A stretch of DNA of 64,000 nucleotides. It comes from an uncultured Deinococcaceae bacterium. GTDB taxonomy: Bacteria > Deinococcota > Deinococci > Deinococcales > Deinococcaceae. Positions 41,301 to 52,013 of the stretch are shown here, in pieces. The stretch is taken from contig CAXULY010000026.1 of the NCBI GenBank assembly GCA_964252075.1, forward strand, positions 1 to 64,000, written 5' to 3'. The translations under genes and the position numbers were made by a program. Below the pieces are notes generated by a model that searched no databases, had not been told where the DNA came from, and was given only the letters and a program-made list of their open reading frames with translations. Every line of letters begins with the position of its first letter. The first letter of the stretch is position 1.

Positions 41301-42211
41301 ACCGCGAGCGCAAGGCCGCCGAGGCGGAGCGCGACCTCACCAAGTACTACCAGGCCAAGTGGGCGCAGGCGCACCTCGGCGAGACCTTCACCGGGACCGT
41401 GAGTGGCGTGACCAGCTTCGGGCTGTTCGTGGCACTGGAGAACGGCGTGGAGGGCCTGCTGCACATCTCTCACCTCGACGACGACTACTACGTGTTCATC
41501 GAGGACGCCCTGATGCTGCGCGGTCGCTCGGGTGGCCGCACCTACCGCCTCGGGACCGAGGTCGGGGTGCTGATCTCTCAGGTGAACCCGCTGGCACGGC
41601 AAATCGATTTCACGCAGGAGAACGACATGAATTCAGGCATCAAGGCGCGGGCCCGCACCCGTGAGGAGCGGGAGCAGGCCAAGCGCGAACGGCAGGGCGA
41701 GGCGAACGGTCCGGCTGGCATTCAGGCGGATCAGAACGCGCAGCCCCGCAAGCCGCGCGAGGAGGGTGGCGCGCCGCAGGGTCAGCGCCGCGGTCCGCAG
41801 CAGGGCCAGCAGGGCGGCCGTGGCGTGCAGCGCAGTGGGGCCGCGCAGGGGGGCGGGAACCGCCGCCGCATCGTTACGCTGGACCGCCCGCGCAACGAGC
41901 ACGCCCGGCCCGTGAACGTGACGGTGCACCGCATGTACTTCGGCGACTGGTCGCTGGACAACATGCCCACCGAGGACGACGACCGCAACAGCGGCGGCGG
42001 CAACTACCGTGGGGGCCGCCCGAGTGGCGGTCGCCCGCAGGCGCAGGCGGCGCGCACGGGCGGCCCTCGCCCGCAGCAGGGTCAGGCGCCGCAGCGCCAA
42101 GCGAGCGCGCCCGCGCCCGCCCCCAGCGCCGCGGCGGGCAGCGACGCGGACGCCAACAAGCGCCGCCGCCGTCGCCGGGGTCGCCGCAAGGGCAACGGCA
42201 GCGAGGGCTGA
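38339..42211 (+). CDS. rnr: Ribonuclease R with long disordered N- and C-terminal extensions
   Basis: HTH and CSD (GFGFV), RNB motifs TVDGADAKDFDDA, HIADVSHYV, HFTSPIRRYPDL; S1 domain FGLFV..GVEGLLHIS. Confidence 0.95.
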   Translation: MPKPKKETAARVSDAQEKPRAKTARRDRSGTPEQTQEVPKRTRAPRAELPAAHNTTAQTGARKPGRQAARPPVSPAAPEAAPELTEQPAVQVAPVSETPARSPRRGPQPRRATDAPTAEADAPALTTESSAVTAEQPEPITEPETAPTEQILEATPAPARKTRGRKPRASEPQKDTTPAEPAKQETPAVMAAETPQAVEADVPAAVAAAEPEPEPADPKPRRGGRKPRQVVPEPVVEAAAEPEVTQPDAEPSEPEAVTAPVSEAPAPRRGRGKRSTAPQAEVAPVQPEPTAEPEVQTPDAEPDAQPEALEAQALEPVTESAPTPRRGRKPRGAAPAGDAPSSPSQPARPARGGRKARPPVTPDVQATPAAETAEPEIESAAEPAQVAESPAVTVEPREAVLAQLRTLGRPMHVRDFERSFPRDQRRALGNIDFEDVLQDLMREGQVVRTRRRTYGLPEAMNLVRGRFQASASGFGFVIPEAGGTDYYVAPDATMDAWNGDTVLVRPEGQGKRDDSPRATVVRIVTRAATQLVGTLERARGYALIKADDLRARHRVMLAPDGLDDVKGGSRIVAKLYWPEQTGEDEVYGMLTQVLGETDDPETETRAVVVKYGLHDEFPPEVLREAEKIATRIPKTALKGRLDLRSRNVFTVDGADAKDFDDAIHIEPLDGGRFRVGVHIADVSHYVKAGGPLDTEAFERATSVYLPGHVLPMLPEHLSNGVCSLVPGEDRLTLSAMIEVNADGDVLDYQLTPSVIHSQARLTYDEVQAYSEARGVLPEHARRVEGDLHLLLKLTSRMRQKRLRAGSLDFQMREVKVDVDREGNLHLIPIREETARGMIEDLMLLANQVVARYLLEKNAPALYRVHEEPTHQRFAEVSTALARMGITLGDSPTPQAYQQALKQVRGTPQESPVNQLLLRSLKQARYSAENLGHFGLAFEEYLHFTSPIRRYPDLVVHRMLRAYLTGQEQSALVQSTRAELPGMADHTSDRERKAAEAERDLTKYYQAKWAQAHLGETFTGTVSGVTSFGLFVALENGVEGLLHISHLDDDYYVFIEDALMLRGRSGGRTYRLGTEVGVLISQVNPLARQIDFTQENDMNSGIKARARTREEREQAKRERQGEANGPAGIQADQNAQPRKPREEGGAPQGQRRGPQQGQQGGRGVQRSGAAQGGGNRRRIVTLDRPRNEHARPVNVTVHRMYFGDWSLDNMPTEDDDRNSGGGNYRGGRPSGGRPQAQAARTGGPRPQQGQAPQRQASAPAPAPSAAAGSDADANKRRRRRRGRRKGNGSEG

Positions 42212-42223
42212 ACAGCCGCAACG

Positions 42224-42255
42224 GAGGGGGCGACGGTCGTGACCGTCGCCCCCTC
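42224..42255. terminator. Inverted repeat between convergent genes
   Basis: gagggggcgacggtc / gaccgtcgccccctc. Confidence 0.8.
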
Positions 42256-42258
42256 TCC

Positions 42259-43080
42259 CTATTCCAGCGGCACCGTCAGGGCGTCGCGCGCGAAGGTGAA
42301 GTGAGCGGGGAGGGTCACGCGCGTCACGTCCACGCCGTGCGAGAGGTGCGTGAGCAACACCCGCCCGGCCCGATGCGCCCACCGCAGCGCGAGCGCCTCG
42401 CGGATGTCGTACACGCTGCGGCCCGCATGCTCACTAGCCGACTCGTCCGCGAAGCTGGTGCCGAGCACCAGCAGGTCCAGGCCGTCCAGCCAGCGCGCCA
42501 CCGTGTCATCCGGGATGTCGATGGCGTCCGTGACGTACGCCCACGTGAAATCAGGGCGTTCAAAGCGGAAGGCGAAGGAAAAGCCGTTCGCGCCGTGCGG
42601 CACCCGGAACGCCCGCACCATGAAGCCCGCCACCGCGAGGCCGCCCTCCGGCATGACGTGTACGGGCGCCTCTCGCCGGAAGGCGTACCGGTACCGGTCC
42701 TCCACCTGAGGCCGCACCTCCGCCGGGGCGTAGATGGGAAGGGGCGATAGCGCCCCACCCGCCACGCCGGGCATGCCGAGGTCGCCACCCGCGTACACGG
42801 CGTAATCCAGCAGGTCGCCGAGGCCCATCAGGTGGTCGTTGTGCGCGTGACTGATCAGCACGGCGGTGGGTCGCACGGGCGCGCCCAGCCGCGCCAGCTG
42901 CCCGTGCAGGTCGGGGCCGCAGTCCAGCAGCAGGGCCTCCCCCGCCCCGTGCACGAGGGCGGCGGGGCGCGTGCGACGGTTCTGGCCTGAGCCGCGCGCC
43001 TCCTGACACACCGGGCAGGCGCACCACCAGCGCGGCACGCCCTTGCTGTCCGACGTGCCGAGGAAGGTGAGGGTGCTCAC
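42259..43080 (-). CDS. MBL-fold metallo-hydrolase (PhnP-like)
   Basis: FLGTSDSKGVP, CACPVC, DCGPD, SHAHNDH, THLSH. Confidence 0.88.
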   Translation of the reverse strand: MSTLTFLGTSDSKGVPRWWCACPVCQEARGSGQNRRTRPAALVHGAGEALLLDCGPDLHGQLARLGAPVRPTAVLISHAHNDHLMGLGDLLDYAVYAGGDLGMPGVAGGALSPLPIYAPAEVRPQVEDRYRYAFRREAPVHVMPEGGLAVAGFMVRAFRVPHGANGFSFAFRFERPDFTWAYVTDAIDIPDDTVARWLDGLDLLVLGTSFADESASEHAGRSVYDIREALALRWAHRAGRVLLTHLSHGVDVTRVTLPAHFTFARDALTVPLE

Positions 43081-43847
43081 GCGCGCATGAGGGTCCTGGC
43101 GGCCCCCTCCAGGTCGCCGCTCGCCGCGAGGCTGCTGCCCACCAGCACGGCGTCCGCGAGGTCGCGCACGTCTGCGAGGTCTGCGGGCGTCTTGTACCCG
43201 CTCTCCGCGACCAGCAGGCCCGTGAAGCCGCGCGCGCGCGCCACCCGCATGAGGTGCGGCGCGACCTCCAGGTCAATGCGCAGGGTGGTGAGGTCGCGGT
43301 TGTTCACGCCGATGATCTCCGCGCCACTCGCCAGTGCGATATCCAGCTCGCGCGCGTCGTGCACCTCCACGAGGGCGTCCAGCCCTACGCGGTGCGCCTG
43401 CGCCAGGAAGCCGGGCAGGCCCCGCCCGAGGACGCTCACCATCAGCAGGGCGGCGGAGGCGCCCCAGTCGGCCGCCTCGCGGAGCATCGCGGGGTGCACC
43501 ACGAAGTCCTTGCGCAGCACGGGCGCGCCCACGGCGGCGACCACCGCCTGGAGCGCCTGCGGGCTGCCGTCGAAGTGCCTTGGTTCCGTCAGCACGCTGA
43601 TGGCGGCGGCGCCGCCCCGCTCGTAAGCGAGGGCCGCCTCACGTGGGTCGAGGGGCGCGATGGCGCCCTCGCTGGGGCTCGCGCGCTTCACCTCCGCGAT
43701 GAGGCGCAGGCCCGGCTCCGCGAGCGCCCGCCGGAACCGCTGGGCGCGCAGCCGCGCGGGACCGAGATCCGTCGTGACGCCCTGGTAATCCGCTGCCCGC
43801 TCACGCACGATCTGCCCCAACACGCCCGGCACACTGCCCACATCCAT
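43077..43847 (-). CDS. trpC: Indole-3-glycerol phosphate synthase
   Basis: IAEVKRASPSEG, ISVLTE, LRKDF, LVEVH, GVNNRDL, VAESG, VLVGSSL. TATACT lies 7 nt before the ATG. Confidence 0.96.
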   Translation of the reverse strand: MDVGSVPGVLGQIVRERAADYQGVTTDLGPARLRAQRFRRALAEPGLRLIAEVKRASPSEGAIAPLDPREAALAYERGGAAAISVLTEPRHFDGSPQALQAVVAAVGAPVLRKDFVVHPAMLREAADWGASAALLMVSVLGRGLPGFLAQAHRVGLDALVEVHDARELDIALASGAEIIGVNNRDLTTLRIDLEVAPHLMRVARARGFTGLLVAESGYKTPADLADVRDLADAVLVGSSLAASGDLEGAARTLMRA

Positions 43848-44009
43848 GCCTGAAAGTATAAGGCGGCCTCCGGTGACGCGGACCCATTCATTTACCGGGC
43901 ACGCCCGCGCACAAGGGCAGGAGCGCCGTGCTGCCGCTTGTCTTGCAGCCGCGCGCGCAGGGACGGACGCTCGGGCGGCGTCCCTGAGGACCGTGTTAGC
44001 CTGTGCAGC

Positions 44010-44537
<528 letters not shown>

Positions 44538-44591
44538 TGGATGAAGCGAAGGCCGGGACCACTTGGGTCCCGGCCTCGTCTGTACGCTGCA

Positions 44592-44987
44592 TCAGCGCTT
44601 CTTCTTGCCCCCACCGCCCGCGGCGGGTTTCTTGCCGCCGGCACTGGAGCGCTCCTTGGCGTCCCGCATGAAGCTGCGCAGCTTGGCCTCGAACTGCGGT
44701 GACTGGCGACCGATGGCGCGCGGACGCGGCATCTCTTCCGGTTCCTCCAGCAGCTCCTTGATCGAGAGGTCCAGGCGGCCCTTCTCGTCACGACCCAGCA
44801 CCTTGACCTCCACGGTCTCACCCTCCTGGATGTGATCGTGGACGTTGCGCACAAAGCTGTGGGCGATCTGCGAGATGTGAACCAAGCCGGTCTCACCGTT
44901 CTCGAACTGCACGAAGGCACCAAAATCGGTCACGCGCGTCACGCGTCCCGCCACGACGGCGCCCGAATCAAGCTGCACCAAGGACAT
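44592..44987 (-). CDS. S1 RNA-binding domain protein (YugI/YabR-like)
   Basis: GRVTRVTDFGAFV, GLVHISQI, VEVKVL, LDLSIK, FEAKLRSFMRD; GAGGG upstream. Confidence 0.9.
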   Translation of the reverse strand: MSLVQLDSGAVVAGRVTRVTDFGAFVQFENGETGLVHISQIAHSFVRNVHDHIQEGETVEVKVLGRDEKGRLDLSIKELLEEPEEMPRPRAIGRQSPQFEAKLRSFMRDAKERSSAGGKKPAAGGGGKKKR

Positions 44988-45085
44988 CCTCCCTCATCTG
45001 CATGAGTTCATGATACCGCATTCCTGGCTCGCGTCGCCTGAGGTGCGCTTGCCCCCCCGCTCGGTCAGACTGCTAGATTGCACTC

Positions 45086-45682
45086 ATGAAACTGCGCGGC
45101 ACCATCGGCGGACTCAACCTGCTCCTGGAACGAGGCGACACCCCCGAGTCCATTGAGGCGGCCCTCGCGCCGCGCCGCGAGTTGCTCACCGAGCGCGTGA
45201 CCGTCGAGTTGAGTGGGGAGTTCGATTACCGCGTGCTGGAGGCCGTGAGTCGTGTGGTGCGCGAGGCGGGCGGTCAGGTGGACCGAGTGCGCGCCGAGCG
45301 CGGCGCAGGCAGCGCCCCGAGTGAGGGGGCGCGCACCGTGATCCTGCCGCACAACCTCCGCGCGGGTTTTCGCGGGGAGTACAAGGGCAGCGTGGTGGTG
45401 CTGGGCGACGTGAACCCCGGCTCGGAACTCGTGGCGGGCGGGGACGTGATCGTGCTGGGCGCCCTGCGCGGCATGGTGCACGCGGGCGCCGCGGGGAACG
45501 CCGAGGCGATCGTGTGGGCGCGGCCCATCGCCAGCCCGCAGATTCGGCTGGCGGAAGCGATGGCGCGCGCACCCGAGGGGAACAGCATGGGGAACATGAA
45601 GAAGCAGGACGGGCCCGGGCAGGCGGAGATCGCGCGCCTGCAGGAAGGCCAGATCGTGATTGAGCCTTTCGGGGGTCGATAG
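45086..45682 (+). CDS. minC: Septum site-determining protein MinC
   Basis: NLRAG, VVVLGDVNPGSELVAGGDVIVLGALRGMVHAGAAGN, QIRLA. Confidence 0.92.
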   Translation: MKLRGTIGGLNLLLERGDTPESIEAALAPRRELLTERVTVELSGEFDYRVLEAVSRVVREAGGQVDRVRAERGAGSAPSEGARTVILPHNLRAGFRGEYKGSVVVLGDVNPGSELVAGGDVIVLGALRGMVHAGAAGNAEAIVWARPIASPQIRLAEAMARAPEGNSMGNMKKQDGPGQAEIARLQEGQIVIEPFGGR

Positions 45683-45693
45683 CTGAAGAGTAA

Positions 45694-45809
45694 AGTCGGA
45701 CGCCGCAGTTCAGGTGGTCATCCGCGTTGGGGATGACAGGTCTGGGTGAGGCGCTGCGCTTCGAGAACCACAAAGCCAGCTGAACTCGTCCTGGGCATCA
45801 ATTCCGACT
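45694..45809. ncRNA. Candidate structured RNA (family unknown)
   Basis: Nested stems: agtcgga/tccgact, agttcag/ctgaact, gtcatcc/ggatgac, gaggcgc/gcgcttc; no convincing ORF. Confidence 0.4.
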
Positions 45810-45918
45810 CCGGCGCACCGCCCACGGAGGTCACCAGAAGGCGCTCAGTCGCGCTATGAGTGACGCTGCGACGCTTCCGGTGACCCTTTCAGCCCTTCAC
45901 TTTTCCCCCCTTTTCGCC

Positions 45919-45974
45919 TATACTATGAGAGCAATTCCTCGAACTGAGGGGTGGGCGAGGTGCCCACCCTTTTC
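45919..45974 (+). promoter_or_regulatory. rimP operon -10 box and rimP-leader terminator-like hairpin
   Basis: TATACT at 45919-24; gggtgggc-gaggt-gcccaccc-tttt resembles the conserved GUGGGC...GCCCAC-U hairpin in rimP leaders. Confidence 0.7.
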
Positions 45975-46038
45975 GCTTGCGAGACAGTTTCGTGGAGGGG
46001 GTGAGGACACGCTGACTGGCACTGCCAGAAGCCACAAC

Positions 46039-46485
46039 ATGACGCAGGACCTGACCGATATCGCGCGGAGCGTCCTTGGGCCCCTGGGCTACGAGGTGCT
46101 CGACGTACAACTGCAGAACCCCGGACGTCACCCCACGCTGGTGGTCCGCATGGACCGCCTGGATGAACAGCCGGTGGCTGTCTCCGACGTGGAACGCGCC
46201 AGCGCGGCGCTGAGCGTGGAGCTGGACCGCCTGGACCCCATTGAGGGCGAGTACCGCTTCGAGGTGGAATCCCCCGGCGCGAAACGACCCCTCACCCGCG
46301 CGCGGCACTTCGAGCGCATGGTGGGCCTCAAGGCGCGCGTGCGGGGCGACGGGCACAGCTTCACCGCGCCCATCTTGAAGGTGGACGGCGAGGACGTGAC
46401 CTTCGAGACGCCGGACGGCCCCGTGACGCTGCGCGTAGGGGACTTCCAGGCGAACCTCGCGGAGTTCCCGCCCAGCCACCGGTAA
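46039..46485 (+). CDS. rimP: Ribosome maturation factor RimP
   Basis: LGYEVLDV, LDRLDPIEGEYRFEVESPGAKRPL; directly upstream of nusA. Confidence 0.93.
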   Translation: MTQDLTDIARSVLGPLGYEVLDVQLQNPGRHPTLVVRMDRLDEQPVAVSDVERASAALSVELDRLDPIEGEYRFEVESPGAKRPLTRARHFERMVGLKARVRGDGHSFTAPILKVDGEDVTFETPDGPVTLRVGDFQANLAEFPPSHR

Positions 46486-46524
46486 GCACACAACCAAACG
46501 ACAACCGAATAGGAAGGAACACAG

Positions 46525-47715
<1,191 letters not shown>

Positions 47716-47742
47716 GCCCCCGCCCTTCCTGAAACGAGACCC

Positions 47743-48018
47743 ATGACCGCACACACCCCCGAACGCAGCTGCGTCGCGTGCCGCCGCAAGCGCCCCCAGT
47801 CGGAGTTCCTGCGCGTGACGCGCACGGCGTCCGGCTGGGCGCTGCTGGGCGGCGCGCGCATGGGTCGGGGGGCGTACGTGTGCGCGGACAGCCCGGCGTG
47901 CTGGCACGAGAAGCGCCTGCGCCGGGCCTTCAGGGATCAGGCGCCCCTGATCGCCGCGGCGCTCACCGCGCGCGCTGGCGAGACGGACCACAGAGAGAAC
48001 GTCATGCAAGCGCGATAA
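47743..48018 (+). CDS. ylxR: YlxR/RnpM family RNA-binding protein
   Basis: PERSCVACR, GRGAYVC, KRLRRAF; lies between nusA and infB. Confidence 0.88.
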   Translation: MTAHTPERSCVACRRKRPQSEFLRVTRTASGWALLGGARMGRGAYVCADSPACWHEKRLRRAFRDQAPLIAAALTARAGETDHRENVMQAR

Positions 48019-48074
48019 TTGTCCTACTGCGCCCGACCTGCCCCACTTGCGGCCGGGCGAACCCGGAGGAAGCC

Positions 48075-49946
<1,872 letters not shown>

Positions 49947-49960
49947 AGCGAGCGGTTAAA

Positions 49961-49991
49961 AAGGGCGCCTCCCAAGTTGGGAGGCGCCCTT
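49961..49991. terminator. Bidirectional terminator
   Basis: aagggcgcctcccaa / ttgggaggcgccctt. Confidence 0.85.
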
Positions 49992-50034
49992 CTCCTTTTC
50001 GTTGGATGATGCGTTCCGCAGTGGTCCTGGCGCG

Positions 50035-51444
50035 CTACGGCGCGCGCGTCCCGCCAGGCGCCAGCTTGAACCACACGCCCGAACGGTAACGCCACAGCAG
50101 CATCCAGATGCGGACGGTCTCCTCGCCCAGCAAGCGGCCAAGGAAGACCCCCCACAGCCCCAGGTCCAGCCCGAAGGCCAGCAGGTACGCCACGGGCAGC
50201 CCCACCACCAGGACCGTCACCACATCCGAGAGCAGCAGGTACCGGGTGTCTCCCCCGCTTGCCAGCACCCCGAAGGCGATCATGTTGGACGCCTTGACCG
50301 GCATGAACGCGGCGTTCATGAGGGCGCCCCACAGGGCCAGCCGCTGCACGTCGGGCGTGGTGTGGGGGAACAGCTGAGGGATCAGCAGGGCGCAGAGGCC
50401 GAACAGTGCACCCTGCGCGACGGCGGTGAGCGCCCCGAACCGCCACACGCTGCCGGACCACCGCCAGACCTCCCGGGCGTCCGCCTGCCCGATGGCCCGG
50501 GCGGTGAGGATGGTGGCCGCCGCGTTGAAGCCGACGGCGCCCACGATGAAGACGTTCTCCAGCGCGCTCACAATCTGGAAGGCGGCGAGTTGCGCCGTTC
50601 CCGTTCGCTGCGCGATCAGGGCGAACAGGAAGACGCCGCTGCTGAAGATGATTTCCGTGATGAACAGCGGCAGCACCAGCGGCACGAGTTCGCGCAGCAG
50701 CCGCCGCGCCTGTGTGGGGTTCGGCCAGCGGAAGTGCACGCCGTGGCGCCCGAAGAACAGGGTGCCCCCCAGCAGCAGCGCCCGCAGCACCTGCGTGACC
50801 ACACCCGCCCAGGCCGCCCCCGCCGCGCCCCACCCGAAGCGCGCCACGAACACCCAGGCCAGCACGGGCGTGAGCGTCAGCGTGACGAGCGTGACGACCA
50901 GGGGCAACCTCGCCTGTCCGACCGTGCGGAAGGTTGAGGACAGCACCACACTCGCCGTGATGAAGGGCAGCGCGAGGGCGGAGCGGCTCAGGTATGGCCC
51001 CCCGATGCGCGCGACGTCTTCCGCGGCGCCCACCAGCCGCAGCACGTGCTCGCCGGAGAGGGCCAGCGGCAGGGCGATCAGCAGGGACAGCGCGACCGCC
51101 AGCAGGATGGAGAACGTCGCGATGCGCGCGAGTTCCTGTCCGTCGCCCCGCCCGTGTGCCCTGGACGCCAGGATGGCGCAGCCCGACCCGAGCACGGTCA
51201 GGCACAGCACCCCGATGAAGAGGGCGTTGTTCGCCAGTCCGACCGCCGCGATGGTCGCCGTGCCGAGCGTGCCGACGATCACCTGGTTCATGAGGTTGAG
51301 GACCAGCTGAACGACGGATTCAGCGCTGACCGGCCACGCGATCCGGCCGATTTCACGACGGGTGTGGGCGGCGCTCCCATCCGGACGGTCGACGGACCGC
51401 TTCACGGGCCATTCCGACCGGTGGGGCGCGCGGTGAGGGGACAC
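50035..51444 (-). CDS. MATE family efflux transporter
   Basis: IAWPV, LGTATIAAVGLAN, GAAGAAWA, GVLASGGDTR, GLWGVF; 12 TM. Confidence 0.9.
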   Translation of the reverse strand: MSPHRAPHRSEWPVKRSVDRPDGSAAHTRREIGRIAWPVSAESVVQLVLNLMNQVIVGTLGTATIAAVGLANNALFIGVLCLTVLGSGCAILASRAHGRGDGQELARIATFSILLAVALSLLIALPLALSGEHVLRLVGAAEDVARIGGPYLSRSALALPFITASVVLSSTFRTVGQARLPLVVTLVTLTLTPVLAWVFVARFGWGAAGAAWAGVVTQVLRALLLGGTLFFGRHGVHFRWPNPTQARRLLRELVPLVLPLFITEIIFSSGVFLFALIAQRTGTAQLAAFQIVSALENVFIVGAVGFNAAATILTARAIGQADAREVWRWSGSVWRFGALTAVAQGALFGLCALLIPQLFPHTTPDVQRLALWGALMNAAFMPVKASNMIAFGVLASGGDTRYLLLSDVVTVLVVGLPVAYLLAFGLDLGLWGVFLGRLLGEETVRIWMLLWRYRSGVWFKLAPGGTRAP

Positions 51445-51596
51445 CGACCGACTCTATCAGGGCGCGGCCGCCGCGCGGCTCGCGCTTGGCGCGGTGATTC
51501 GCCGCGCCGGTCAGCGGCGCCCTTTGCTAGACTGCGGTGTTCCTCCGGGCCTGTGACCGCGCCGCATCTGGCGGGCGAGCCCGCGACGCCGCCCTC

Positions 51597-51956
51597 ATGC
51601 CCATCCCTGACCTGCCCCCCTTGAGCCCGTCCGAGCGCCCCCTCGTGCGCGCCGGTCCGTGGACCACGCTGGTGGCGCTGGTCGGCATGCTGGCGGTGCT
51701 GCTGGGCGTGCAGGCGAGCCGCTTCGAGCCCGCGCGCACCCTCACGGCGAGCGCGCACACGGTGCCGCTGCCGGAATTCCGGGCGGTGACGCCCCTGCCG
51801 GCCCCCGCGACTGGCACGCCGCCCGCGCTGCCGCCGCCGCCCCAGGCGCAGGTGCAGCGTGAGGCCTCGGTCCGCCCGTCCGTCGCCCCGGCTGGTCCGG
51901 ACGCGCGGCGCCCCAGCCTCGCGCTGCTCGGGCGGCGGCAGGCGGAGGGCGGCTGA
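51597..51956 (+). CDS. Membrane-targeted leader protein upstream of secDF (candidate arrest peptide)
   Basis: One hydrophobic segment (res 22-38), Pro-rich linker, C-terminus LALLGRRQAEGG; stop 57 nt before secDF; extended -10 TGcTAGACT at 51525-33. Start could be GTG 51537. Confidence 0.65.
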   Translation: MPIPDLPPLSPSERPLVRAGPWTTLVALVGMLAVLLGVQASRFEPARTLTASAHTVPLPEFRAVTPLPAPATGTPPALPPPPQAQVQREASVRPSVAPAGPDARRPSLALLGRRQAEGG

Positions 51957-52013
51957 GACCCGCCGCGGCCCGCCGACCCCACACCACCTGACCATCAAGG
52001 AGCACCGACACCC

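Noticed and set aside
45770..45800. ZTP (pfl) riboswitch suggested by cgtcctgggca
   Set aside because: The 5' GACUG/GUGG-CCAC core and the P3 hairpin geometry are missing, and no purine or folate gene follows.
51597..51956. yajC upstream of secDF
   Set aside because: Lacks YajC motifs and is Pro-rich after the TM; reported instead as a candidate leader peptide.
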